This document shows, in pieces, positions 50,801-63,457 of a stretch of 64,000 bases of DNA. The notes under the pieces were generated by a model. The model was not told the origin of the DNA. It did not search any database and was given only the letters and a program-made list of their open reading frames with translations. The translations under genes and the position numbers were made by a program. Location: assembly GCA_013239625.1 (NCBI GenBank), contig MU054187.1:24678433-24742432 (forward strand), written 5' to 3'. Position 1 is the stretch's first letter, and each line of letters begins with the position of its first letter. Origin of the DNA: Lama guanicoe (lineage: Eukaryota).

Positions 50801-51642
50801 AAGGGAACCCCTATGCATTGTTTGTGGGGATGTAAATTGGTATAGCTACTATGGAAAACAATGTGGAAGTTCCTTCAAAAATTAAAAATTAAAATATCAT
50901 TATGATCCAGTGATTCCACTTCTGGCTATATATCTGAAGGAAACAAAACCACTATTTCAAAGAAATATACGCATCTTTGTTCATTGCAGCATTATTTACA
51001 ATAGTCAAGACATGAAAACAACCTAGATGTCCATTAAAGGATGAATAAAGAAAATGTGCTATAACTCAATAAAAAAAAATTAAAAAAAAGAAACATTACT
51101 GTTTTTCTGAAATTATACCAAAAAAAGAAAAAAAATTTAAAAATGTGATATATGTACACAATGGGCTATCTATCATCCAGCCATAAAAAAGGAAATTCTG
51201 CTGTGACAACAGCTATTAAGTTCAAGTCTTTAATCCACTTTGCACTGATTGACTTTGAGGGCATTACATTAAATAAAATGACAAAGACAAAAACTGTATG
51301 ACCTCACTTGTATGTGGAATCTAAAAAAAACAAACTTACAGAAACGAAGAACAGACTGGTGGTTGCCTGAGGTAGGGAGTCAAAAGTTAAACAAACTTCC
51401 AGTTCTAAGATGAGCAGGCTCTAGGGAGACAATGCACAGCATGCTGACTACATTTTACAGTAATTGAAGTTGATAATCTTCAAGATACGCTAAAAGTTCT
51501 CGTCACAAGAGATAAAAACTTTCTAACTATATGAGGAGATCGAGACTGACTAAACTTACTATGGTGATCATTTCACTTATATATTTATACCAAATCATTA
51601 TACTATATGCCCTAATTTGTATTTCAATAAAACTAAAAAAAA
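44830..51642 (+). mobile_element. Near full-length decayed L1 (5' UTR, ORF1, ORF2 with an internal deletion, 3' UTR)
   Basis: aagatggcc start, ORF1 and ORF2 remnants (GKDTLFNKWCWEN; degenerate FADD at about 49500), AATAAA at 51626 and an A-tail. Many stops and frameshifts. Confidence 0.9.
48750..49454 (+). mobile_element. About 0.7-kb L1 5' UTR::ORF2-C-terminus fusion nested in L1 ORF2, TSD-flanked
   Basis: TSD aataaaggctcc (48738-48749) and aataaaaggctcc (49455-49467). Junction at 49300/49301. Confidence 0.75.
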
Positions 51643-51750
51643 GTGAAGCAAAAATTGACAGAACTAAAGGGAGAAAAAAACAAATCCACTATAGTTGGGG
51701 ATTTTAATATTCACCTTTCAGTAACTAGTAAAGAGTGGACAAAAAAACAG

Positions 51751-52178
51751 AAAGGACATAAAAGATTTCAACAGCATTATTAAACACTGACCTGACACTT
51801 GTAAGGGATAATGAAACAAAGAAACAAGAAAAAGATGTGACATTTACAGACTGTCTCCTGAAAGGAAATGGTATGTCCTGCGCGCTGGTCCAGGGTGGAA
51901 AGTATCTTAGCCAGATACTTAAATGTGGTGACTTCCACCACAAAGGACATAAAAGATTTCAACAGCATTATTAAACACTGACCTGACATTTGTAAGGGAT
52001 AATGAAACAAAGAAACAAGGAAAAGATGTGACATTTACAGACCATTTCCTGAATGAAACAAAGAAACAAGAAAAAGATGTGACATTTACAGACTATCTCC
52101 TGAAAGGAAATGGTATGTCCTGAGCGCCGGTCCAGGGTGGAAAGTATCTTAGCCAGATACTTAAATGTGGTGACTTCC
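51751..52178 (+). repeat. Tandem duplication: 186-bp unit x2; the second copy has an internal 51-bp duplication
   Basis: Copy A is 51751-51936, spacer accac, copy B is 51942-52178. Inner units are 52001-52051 and 52052-52102. Confidence 0.95.
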
Positions 52179-53165
52179 CTTGTCTGACTATGGGGGAACA
52201 CTGAATATTCCATGAAGATCTAGCAACAGTACAAATTAATTTATGACACAGTTTTTCATGTTATGTTCTCTCTCACAACCTAAAAAGGTAAGTTTGTTAG
52301 GGTGGCAGAATTTACATGAGACTAGGAAGCTTTCAGTCAGTACAAAAGACTTGTTCTATTTTCTAGGACAAAATGCATCAGTCCTTAAGAGTTGACAAAA
52401 AGACTTTACCCTAATTCTAGCGTACAGCCAAAAGCTGTCTATATGACAAAATTCAAAAAAAAAATCCACTTTTTCTTATCATCTCCTTTCGAGGCAGAAA
52501 GAAGACTAATTATCACGTTTACTTTACACATACAAAATGAGAGGTCCAGCGCAGTTAGACCCACAAACAGATCTTATCGCATCCCAGCGAGACCTATCCA
52601 GAAGCTTGGTAAGTCTTCCACTGCCGTTTCCAGGACCAGAATAATATGGCGGTGACATCTTTGACACTGAAATCCATTTCATTTGGGTTACTTCAGCTCA
52701 GGGAAGACTACAGCATAATGGAAAAGAAACGATAATTAAAACTATTTATGAAAATTATGCTCTGATATGCCTATGACCTTCTAATCCAGTCCGTGAAAAA
52801 GAACAAGGCATAGAATACTGTATATATTATGCTATCATTTTTGTACGAAATTATTGAAAAATGGCATGCATAGAAATTTGAATAGGCATTAAAAATCTCT
52901 GTAAATACTCATAAGAAATGAGTACTACGAATTTTTTCAGAGGAGGGGAAACAAATTGCTAGCACAGTGGTAGAAGGGAGACTTTTTTAATCTTTTACCT
53001 TTTTATACTTTTAGTATTTTGAACTGTGACTATATTAATTATTCAATAAATTAAAACCACATTTAAAAATGAAAAATAATTGTCATAAAAGATGAGATGA
53101 CAAAGACCAAAAACAGAACAAACAACACTAATTGTCAAACACAAAAGAAATGGAGTTTTGTGCAT

Positions 53166-53171
53166 TTTATT
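53166..53171 (-). terminator. NBN: NBN proximal polyadenylation signal
   Basis: Minus-strand AATAAA about 130 nt after the stop, followed by a GU/U-rich downstream element (TTTTGTGTTTG...TGTTGTTTGTTCTGTTTTTG). Confidence 0.8.
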
Positions 53172-53298
53172 TAACAAATTTAGGCCATAAACTTAAATCT
53201 CTTCTATATACTAGATGCATGTATCCCATAAGAAACTTGAAGTAAACTCTTGATAGAAAATGGCTTTTCTTTTCCATGGCTTCTTTATAAAAACCCTA

Positions 53299-53329
53299 TT
53301 ATCTTCTCCTTTTTATATTAGGGTTGTAT
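53299..53329 (-). CDS. NBN: NBN terminal coding exon (R-YNPNIKRRR*)
   Basis: Acceptor TTTCTTTCTTTGCAG. 31 nt, ending in TAA followed by TAG. Confidence 0.95.
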
Positions 53330-53797
53330 CTGCAAAGAAAGAAAACAGGGTTAACCAATATCTAGATAAATGACAGTACTTCTTTTACTTTTAAAGTATA
53401 AGGGCTTTCAAAACAGTCATACTTCAGCAAACAAAATTAGAGCGCGAACTTTATCCTTAGGATCAGATGGTAAACACTGACATTTTTACTTTCAAAAGCA
53501 ACTTTTGATGTTGCTTTGATGAACATTTGGTAAAAATAAAACATCATAAAAAAAAATCCTGTCCAAGCACTAAAATAATTAATGAAAACAGTTTAAAAAT
53601 AAATACACATTTTTATACTTTCTCCAGGACAGCTTCCAATAGACCTCTCCAGCCTCAAATTAAAGTATACACCATTTGTGCAAAAGAGCATAATGAACCT
53701 AAAATATAATTATTTTACAAAATTTTCTCCTATAGCAACTAAACAAAATGTAGTTGGGCAACGAGGCATTCTCATTTGACTATATTTATGAAAAGTA

Positions 53798-53925
53798 GGG
53801 TGGAGGGTACAGCTCAAGTGGCAGAGTACTGGCTTATTAGCATGCATGAGGTCCTGAGTCCAATCCCCAGTACTTCCTCTAAAAATAAATAAATAACCCT
53901 AATTACCACCCATCCCCAAAAAAGA
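53798..53925 (+). mobile_element. tRNA-derived SINE, Vic-1-like (camelid)
   Basis: ggagggtacagctcaagtggcagagtac...agcatgcatgaggtcctgagtccaatccccagtac plus tail aataaataaataaccctaattacc. Confidence 0.85.
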
Positions 53926-54615
53926 AGAGTCAACACTGTCATCAATGATTTATACTGTCAATAATGAAATTAAAGAAAGTGGCTATAGAACAGACTCAAA
54001 AATATAGTATTTCCTAGGAAAACAGTGTTCTCCCCAGCCAGTATCTACCCACAATATTGTACTTTACGAGCATTTGAGAGCTAACTATCATAAGGTTTAC
54101 TGGGCGTGCAGGAATGCTAAAAATGTTAAATCAGAACTAAATTATAATCACCCATTATAACTCCTCTAACCCTCCCACAAAAACCTGCTCTGAAACTCTA
54201 ATCCAGCCTCTTATTTTCAAGTATGCGCCAAATAAAACTAAACAAATGGTCTGGCATTTCATTTGTCTTATTTCAAAACCCATTCATGATTCTATTCAGA
54301 GCTAAAAAATCAGCCAAACTCATGCAGCTGTGGAACTTTCTTTTGCCTAAATGTGCCCATTAAATTTAAATATTTTGTGATACAGTACAACTGGGTTAAG
54401 TCCAAATCTCAAAAGCTATATCCAGTAAACTCAAATAAGAGGTATTCAAGCAGTAAAAAGAAATCCATACATTAAAAACAAAACATTCTTTATGTGAAGG
54501 GACTAAGCACCTATTTCCAAGGACAGACAAAATAAATATGTAAACTCTAAGAATAGAACTGAATTTTTACATACATCTCTCAAAGATTCATGAGAAAGGT
54601 GAAATTAAACTTTAC

Positions 54616-54665
54616 CTAAAGAGATCATCAGCAAGAGATTCCTCTTTTGCATGTTGATTTTGCAC
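54616..54665 (-). CDS. NBN: NBN penultimate exon (VQNQHAKEESLADDLF-R; ATM-binding motif)
   Basis: CAG acceptor and AG|GTAAAG donor. 50 nt. Confidence 0.95.
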
Positions 54666-57374
54666 CTGAAAAAATAAACGTCATTTCACACATTTGCTCA
54701 GTGATGTATACAGTTAATAAAACTGCTGTGCTGGATGATCACAGCCAGCTCCGAGATTTCCACACCCAGGAGGTAACCAGGTCTATGAATTCATGCCTCT
54801 ATGACTTCTTTCCCTTCAACAGATCCTTTCCATTTTCACATCATACCAAGATTATGCAAGAATTTTCTAATTAAACAACTTTCTGCAGCCAATCTCCTTT
54901 CAAAGGCAACCAACATGTATCCTGCTAGCTTGTTGTGTTTTTAAACTTTTTTTTTCCCAGCAGAACCCTTCTACCAAATGAAATCTCAGTGTTTTGAAAT
55001 CATGCTGCTGATGAAGGGGCTGAACAGGTAACACTGACCCCAACTTCAACCAGAGCAGCTCTCCAAGTAACGCTGCTCTCTTCGTCACAGCCCCAGATCA
55101 GGGCTCAGAAGCTGCTGCTGAAACACCTCACCCACAAGACAATTTTAAACACAAACTCACCACACTTCTAAAGCACCTTTGAGAGTTAGGACTGGACATG
55201 CCCTGTGCTGGATGTATCTTCCTAAAGTCCGGCTATGATCCTACCATGTGTCACTCAAAACCTTTCAATGACTTCTCCCACCTACCAAAGAAAACACAGA
55301 CTCTTGAGTCTGACTCTTAAAAACGGGAAAGGCTCTTCGTAACCTGGCTCCATTCTACCTTCTCAACCCCTTCTCGCTCTCTTCTTCAGGAACTCTGTAG
55401 GCCAGTTAAAAGCAAATCATAAAAAAGAAAAAACAGAAACAAAAAACCAAACCCACTTCCTAATAAACACCCTGTGACCCTCTGCTTTTGTCCAGGTTTC
55501 TCCCTCTACCCAGAAAATTACCTCCTTTCCCACATCTTTCCACATCTGACCATCTTTCAAGGTTGCATTCATTCAGTGATTTTGTAGTGCCTACTATGTG
55601 TCAAGGAATGTGCTTCACCTCTTTAACAATAGCATCCTGACCTTCTTCATTTAAAAGTAACATCTGCTCTGAAGAACTTCCCCAAAACTTTAGCTGCACA
55701 ACTCCTAAATGCTTATCAATTTCTACCTTCTGTTGTCATTATTTGTATCATAACTCTACTAAAAGACCATCATTCTCTTAATGCAGACAGTGTATGTTTC
55801 CTGTAAATAATTTACATTTGTGTACTTCCAAATACTGTCTGAAAACTGTTTCTAAAAATCTCATTTTAACTTCATTACTATTTTTACACTATTTACACCA
55901 AGTTTAACCAATAAGGGAACAGAGACTTAGGTTTAATAACTTGCAGAGGGATCAAAAAGCTGTCATATGGAAGAACTGAGATCGACCAGGTTTACCTGAG
56001 TAAGAGCACCAGCTATCACTCAGGCTGTTACACTGCTTCCGAGTCTCTGGAAAAGGCCTAGAAGAATGACTTGCAGGATTCAAACTTACAGAATGATTTT
56101 CTATTCATACAGTGAAATGTTAAAATGAAATTGTCTTTTTTTACATTTTCTAATAGGTACAGCAGAACATAAATGGGAAGACATGATTTCCACAGTTGTT
56201 AAAAAAGCTGCTGGTACCATTATCCTAAACACTCTTAAAAGCTTTCTAGCAGGGGATGTTAATTTTAAAGTTTAATATAGTAAAGAAAAATAAGCTTTAT
56301 CTTATGTATCTTAGTAAGAACATTAAGTGTAACAGTACTAAGAAACAGAAATTCTCGTATTACTGGCATTTTTTAAGAGCCTGGGGAAACTGCATCTCCC
56401 AGTTTTACAAAATTCAAATCAGGTTGGATAGATTTTAAAGAACTGCTACATTTACTGAAATGAAAATACCCGAAGTTCAGGCAAAGGACGGGAACTGAGT
56501 AAGTGATTATGAAAAGCAAGACTGGCCTGCAGCAGAGGCAGAGAAGGAAGGGCTGAAAAAGAACAAAGGGCAGGGAATGCAGAAGAGCAGCTGGGGCAAG
56601 CCTAGGGAAATGAGACATCAAGACAGAAGCACCTTTATAGAGACGCAGGGGCCCTGCAGAAAGAGAAGGTCAACTCTATTATCTTAAAGAGCAAATCCTA
56701 CCTCGGGCACCTAAAGTCGTTCTAACAAAAAGAAGAGAGATTTAGTGGAATATACTCCCTGGCACATATTTAATTCAATCCCAAGAAAGAGCTGCACATA
56801 GCTCCAGCTGAGTCCCTCCTTTCCTCAACTCAATGTCTTCAGGCAACAGAAAGTAGATGGGGCACACCGTAGGCCTGTGACTGAGCACACGGCCATACTC
56901 CCAGAGTGGAGGCATCAGGGTAATCCCGTTCTTCACAAGCAAGCTAAGATGGGAAGGAGTAATTTCAACTGCATTCAATTCTTGTCTCATCCACTGGCTT
57001 TAGAATGAAACCCTTGCGTAAGATGTCATATGATGCTTCACACAGCAAGCAATATCTGGACCAGGCATTTGACTTTAAATAGCTACAAGACTAAAGAAAA
57101 CAGAAAAGCCACTTCACAGCCAGATGGGAAAAGAAGAGACTGGAACAGAACATGCCAAGGACAGTTCAAGAACCTAGTCTGCAAGAAATAACTCAAGAAT
57201 AAAAAAATAAATAAAATTAATAGTAACATGAAAGCAATGAAATAAGAACAAGAAAGTTAGATGATAAAAATCATGATGAAATCAAATGGAATGAATGCTA
57301 AGTAAACAAACTCAGAACTCTAATAATCCCATTTCAAAATTAATGAGAAACAGCTAACACCATTTCCACTGTTA

Positions 57375-57548
57375 AAAATGCTTTGTAAATAGTATCTTAT
57401 ATAATTCTCACAAAAAACCCTGTGAAACAAAGGTACTATTATTGGTCCCATGCTGCACAGGAAGAAACAGAAGCATAAAGATTTGGTTAAGTAATTTTCT
57501 CAAAGTCACACAGCTGGTGAGAAACAGACACAACTGAAACCTGAATTT
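57375..57548. mobile_element. MIR SINE
   Basis: aattctcacaaaaaaccctgtgaa...gaaacagaagca...ggttaagtaattttctcaaagtcacacagct. Confidence 0.7.
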
Positions 57549-58599
57549 CTGGTAGAGTGAAAGAGCTTAATAAAAGCATAGTAACTGTGGAAGAAATGAA
57601 TGTGGAGGGCAGAGGTGATTTAATAAAAGGAAACTTATGCCTTAAATGTAGCAAACCCAGCAACTATAAAAATGTTTGTAAAGATGTAACAGAAAAGTTT
57701 CTCGAAATAAAAAAAGAACTCCATATACAAATCAAAATAGCATACTGTATTCTGGGAAAAATGAACGGAGAATGATCCACACTGAGATATATTCTGATTG
57801 TTACTGACTTTCAAGCTTAAGAAGGAATATTGTAGGCATGCAAGTCACCTAAAAAGAGGGGAAAAGGAGGACTGGCATGAGGTGGGGGAAGGAAAGGGAA
57901 GGAGTGTAAACAATTTCCTCACTCTTCACAGCAGGGAGCCAACAAACAGTATCTAAAATCAGAATGTAGAGTTTGAAACAAGTAACTGATTCTAACCTGA
58001 TAGCGTCTTTCATATTTAGGGATCTCAGAAAATATCTTGAAAGGAAGAAACATTTACACAAATTCAGCAATACTTTCAGTTTTATTTCCTTCTATCAGTC
58101 TCTTTCTCTCCCTTTCAACACTGTCCCTACCTCTCACTCCTCCCCAGTAAAGAGACGTCTGGAACATTACATTTAATGTTTCAGTGGATAATTAGGATTC
58201 TAACTTCTTCATTCTTTTGCATACTACCGTAATTCTTTGGAAGGTACATTTATAAAACAGTAAAGCCAAATACTCTTTCAAAAAAGAAAGGAAGAAAGGA
58301 TATTACCTCCACTCTCCCATTTTTTGACAGTAAATAACCCTATAACCCTATTTTCTTGAGTGATCGAACAAGTTTTTGATTAAAAGAAGCATTTTTAAAA
58401 AACAAACTGCTGAAGACTACATTAAACTCACAATTTAGCAAAACACAAATCCTGGGATGTTAGTAAGCAGCAGTCAGCTTTTGCGCTGCTCTGTGCGGAT
58501 CTGCAAACCATAAAAAACCTGGACTGTCCTTTGATGTCTGTATGAAGAATGAGTGTTATGAAAGAAAACCCAAGGTAGGAAATATAATGAAAGACTCCA

Positions 58600-59285
58600 G
58601 TACTAAAGGGTGCAAGTGGAACAAACCCTACAACACAAAGGAAGTAACAGAACCTTGCCTCTCTTGACCCCGACATAGGGTGAAGGAAGAAATTTTAAAA
58701 ATCACACTTAAGTTTACAATGACAGGCTGGCTTTCTCACTCAGGCTCCTGGTCCAGGTATATATTAACTACCTGAATGATCCAAAAGAATCACACGCAGA
58801 GATTCAAGTGGTCTTTAATTGGCAGAACAAGGCTGGCAGACACAAGCATATCTTTTCTGGAGGAAATAAACCAGAATTTAGGACTTAAGGAATTCCCACA
58901 GATCAAGTTTCAAGGAAAACAAACAGCTCACGTTCAAAGATCACAAAATATTTACTTAGAAACATGAGCGAGAACTAGATGAAAGAGATCAACACTTTAG
59001 GTATTGATATCACTAGACAAAGAACACAAAAGAGGACCTTAAAAATATCAGCAGGGAACAAGAAGACTTAGGAATAAATGAAACAGACTTCCAGTGATGA
59101 AAAAATACAATACACTGAATGAAATACCAACCAGACAGAGCTGAAGAGAGAAGTGCTGCACTGGAAGACAATTTGAAGAAATTACCAAAATTACAATCCA
59201 GAGAAACAAAGCAGTGAAATATACAGAAAAGAAGTTAAGATACATTGACAAGAAAGTGAGATTTAACTTATGTCAAATCAGAGGA
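58600..59285 (+). mobile_element. Ancient L1 5'/ORF1 fragment
   Basis: A-rich ORF1-like motifs (gctgaagagaga...ctggaagacaatttgaagaaattacc). Confidence 0.55.
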
Positions 59286-60041
59286 CAAGAGATGCCCCTA
59301 CCTCCTAATTACCAAACAGCCCTACTTCAAACCACCTGTTGAGATGACTGATGGAGCGCACCTTTGGAACCAGTAACACTGGGTAATCAGGCAGCAAAAA
59401 GACTAAGACGACTTTCTAACTTTGGATTTGGCCTCTGATTACCACTCAATTCAATGGTCATGTGTTTCTGAATTCTTAACTTCCACAGAATAGTTCTATT
59501 TTAAAAAGCTCCTCATTTACTGAATTTTATTAAATTCTCCAGTTTAAAAAAACAAAAAGTTAAGAGGCTGAATGAATTATGGATCACATGGACAGTCTTG
59601 TTACATAATATCCACTAGGACTCAAAACACCCAGGCAGAAAGCAAAGCAAGCGGATTTTCTGTAGTCTTCCCTCTGAGCTCTCATTATAGCAGTTTATAA
59701 ATATATTAGCTGATAGCTGTCAACAGTGAGTTTTTGGAAACTACACCCCAACATGTAGAGCTGTGAAGCAGTTCACATTTTTCCAAAAGAGCAATGTTAT
59801 AACAGAGGTTTGGGTTGCTGAAGCTTAGGCGGCGTGTAGTTGTAGATACAATCAATAAATCTGGAAGTGCCTTAAAGAAGTGTTCCAGAAAGGTACAAAT
59901 TAATCTGAATGCTATGTAACTCAGGACTTTTTCGGAATGGACAACCTTAGGTCACTTACCTTAAGTTTGGCTTTAAGGAGAGTTTGCTCTAAGGAAATCA
60001 GAAGGAATCGAACTGCAAATCAAACAAGTTACTGGGCCTCA

Positions 60042-60203
<162 letters not shown>

Positions 60204-60609
60204 TTAAGACAATCATTTTTTTTAAAGCAAAGATTGTAAATCACATATAATTTAGGTACTAAAGATCGTAAAAATGAAAATGAGTGAGACAGAGGTAACT
60301 GTGCTAGACCTGTATGTTTTTGTCCTATTTTTTGGCTATACTATACCTGATTTAGACATGTCACTGAGATTTATGTGCTAAAGAGAATTTAAGATTTTTA
60401 ATTTGGAATTTTTATTTAAAACTGGCTTTAGCTCATTACCTAACAAATTAATGAACTCAAAGTGAATATACACACTATAACTTAAAAGTATAATATTTGG
60501 TTCTAAATATTTAAATACTACTTCCTAGAACTTAAGGAAATTTAAGTCTTCAAAACTTCCAATTTATAGATCCTTAGCAAAAGATGTTGGAGGTGGCAAT
60601 AGTTTATAT

Positions 60610-61255
60610 ATTTTTTTGACTGAAGTATAGTTGGTTACAATGTGTCAATTTCGGGTGTACAGCAAAATGTCCCAGTCATGCATATACATACATATATTCA
60701 TTTTCATTAAAGTTTATTACAGGATGTTGAATACAGTTCCCTGTGCTATACAGAAGAAATCTATTTTTTTAATCTATTTTTATATATAGTGGCTAACATC
60801 TGCAATCTCAAACTCCCAAATTTATCCCTTCCCTCTTTCCCTCAGTAACTATAATATTATTTGCTATGTTTTCAAATCTGTTTCTGTTTTGTAGATGAGT
60901 TCATTAGTGCCCTTTTTCTTTTCTTTTTTTTATTTTTAAGATTCCACATATGAGTGATATCATATATTTTTCTTTCTCTTTTTGGCTTACTTCACTTAAA
61001 ATGATGATCTCTAGGTCTAGCCATGTTGCTGCAAATGGCATTATTTATTTTTTTATAGCTGAGTAGTATTTTATTGTATAAATATACCAAAATTCTTTAT
61101 CCAATCATCTGTCATTGGACATATAGGTTGTTTCTATGTCTTGGCTACTGTAAAGAGTGAACATTGGGGTACATGTTTCTTTTTGAATTAGAGCTCCCTC
61201 TGGAATATATGCCCAGGAGTGGGACTGCTGGATCATATGGTAACTCTGTTTTCAC
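60610..61255 (-). mobile_element. 5'-truncated L1 with TSD
   Basis: TSD AGTTTATAT at 60601-60609 and 61256-61264, with L1 3' UTR and ORF2-end motifs. Confidence 0.9.
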
Positions 61256-62644
61256 AGTTTATATTTTTAATAGAAATTTTAACTGTCTATAAAGAGGTGC
61301 TAAAAAAGAATATTATGTAAGAATACATATTAACCACACTGCTAATATTATACTTAGGGAATAAATAATAAATATTTAAGGGACACACCTTTAAAATTCT
61401 AATATATGAAGTGGAAAGGGAATCTTGAATTAGTTTTCACCATTTAGCAATATTTTAAAAGGACAAAGAGAGCCATCATTGATTTTCACATATATGAAAA
61501 AACTCAGACAAATTCTTTTACTAAAGTCAATCTAGTTAAACTTCTTTCCATATAAATTTTGGTTTGAATTTCTTTTGTAGTCTCAAAAAATTTCCTTGGT
61601 CAAGGATATTAGCATTTTTAAAGGTTTTAAATTTTTCCAAACTAGTTTCCAGAAGTTTGTACTAACTTATACTTCTTCACTACAGTGAATATTATTACTT
61701 TCTCTTTGGTAACTTCATTAATTAAAACATTAGTATGTCTTTTGAATTTCGATTTAACAATAAGATTCTGTGACACGACACTAAACATGAAATAACCACG
61801 AAGTAAGAATGCCCTTGAGCTACTCATGAGCCACAGCCACGGAGTGGGAAAGAGTACGTGGGTGCCATGTAAGTGGGAGATATCTTCCACTCTAAGTAGA
61901 AGAGATTCTTTCTGTTAAATAGGGTTTAGAACTGTTTAATAACATTACAATACTCTAAAAGGTTCTAAAGTCATAGGCAGAAGACAAATTTAACTGAGAA
62001 ATGTTAATAGTGGCTCACGTTGGAGAGAAAAAGCTACAGCACCTTGAGGTCACAGCAAGAATCACACAGACCATGTTCTAGAGAAAAGCAGTACTCCACA
62101 GAAGTCATTTCTGAAAAAATGACTACATTCTGATCAAATGCATAAGCAGAACCTAGCAGTCAGTCATAGGTATGCAAAGAAGCAAAGATCCCAGAAGAGC
62201 CAGCAAAGAGAATACAGACTGGATCAGAAATATCTTTTTGACCATACTAATAAAATAAATACCTTATCAGTTCCTAAAGGAGGAGGAACCCAGGTCAGAC
62301 AGTCAGTCTACCTATTTACATTCTGTTTTACACACACATAGTAATAAAATGCCTAGTTTTCATTATGTAATGTTCTCAGTTATTATTAACAAATACGTTA
62401 TCTTCACAAAGTCCGGAGTTAAACAATCCCGTCAGATAGTCATAGATCAGCATTAGAACTGGGAGGACGCTGTCAATACAGGCAAACGCCTGCTGCTTAA
62501 GGTAGAGAAAACCAGGTAAACAGCACCCTAAAGAACTCAACTTTAATAAAGTTGGTTATATCTATTCATTAACTCTCAGTTTACATCCTTCCAAGAGTAA
62601 TTTTTTAAACTTTAAGTGGACATTTTAGTTAAAAGAATACATAC

Positions 62645-62800
62645 CTTTTTGAATTTCTTGAAATTCTTCAGTTGACCATAATCATTATTTACACTTGCTG
62701 CGTTTCTGGAGGCAGAGTTACTAACCACCAGTGACCTAAATTCAGTTAGTAACACCTTCCGTGGAAGCACCTCACCATCATCCTTAAGTTCCTCATTATT
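62645..62800 (-). CDS. NBN: NBN exon ([26 protein letters not shown]...[15 protein letters not shown]11-binding motif). Upstream exons lie beyond the window.
   Basis: AAG acceptor and AAG|GTATGT donor. 156 nt, containing the NFKxFxK motif. Confidence 0.95.
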
Positions 62801-63391
62801 CTTCAACAGCATTAAGATGAATAGATAAGAAAAAGAAATAAGGATAATTACTCGTTATTTAAGATTCTACAGGAAAAAGTTTAAAACCCCTAAAACAACA
62901 GTTAAAAAAAAAAAAAAAGGTTTATTTCTGGCACCTGAACTTTGTATCTGAAATCACATCATCTATTTCAAAACCAGAAAATTATTTACTCAAGTGCTCT
63001 GTAACTTTAGAAACATCTGTATCATACTCATCTATGATAAAAGGCTAAAAATCATAATGGATTTTAAATTTAGCAGCCTATTTTAATAAAAATCATCCCA
63101 ATAAACAATTTATCTTCCTGTATATATTTTCTTGGCAAGAAATACTGTCTTGTTTCTTTTTGTTGAAACCATACACCAAGATTATTACATAATCCATTCT
63201 ACAAGTTCCCACAGACTATGTTTAAGGTTTCCTGGATTTCCAATAGTTTATATTTTTATTATTTTTGACATATTAAAAAAACAATAATTAATTCTGGACA
63301 TGCCACCTCATTAACTGAAAGCCACTTTTTTATTCCAGATTAACACCTATTTTATCAGCCTGAAGATTCCTTCCTTTTGCCAGATAGGATT

Positions 63392-63457
63392 CTTTTTTTC
63401 TTTTTTTTTTAATTTTAACATTTTTTTTATTGAGTTACAGTCATTTTACTATGTTGT
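63392..63457 (-). mobile_element. Very short L1 3' tail
   Basis: T-run plus ttattgagttacagtcattttactatgttgt, similar to the insert at 36101. Degenerate TSD gataggattcttt/gatggcattcttt. Confidence 0.65.

Larger units (their letters stand above)
41190..51800 (+). mobile_element. Old host L1 (5'/ORF1/EN remnants) split into about 41190-42472, 44443-44829 and 51643-51800 by younger insertions
   Basis: The fragments read through when the inserts are removed, for example gagtttcaagatacatgaa|gcaaaaattgacagaactaaagggag. Confidence 0.7.

Noticed and set aside
44830..51642. Active L1
   Set aside because: Both ORFs are broken, ORF2 has a deletion near 48030-48045, and an insert splits the RT region.
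51751..52178. CRISPR-like array
   Set aside because: It has two long units with no unique spacers and no cas genes, in a mammalian context.
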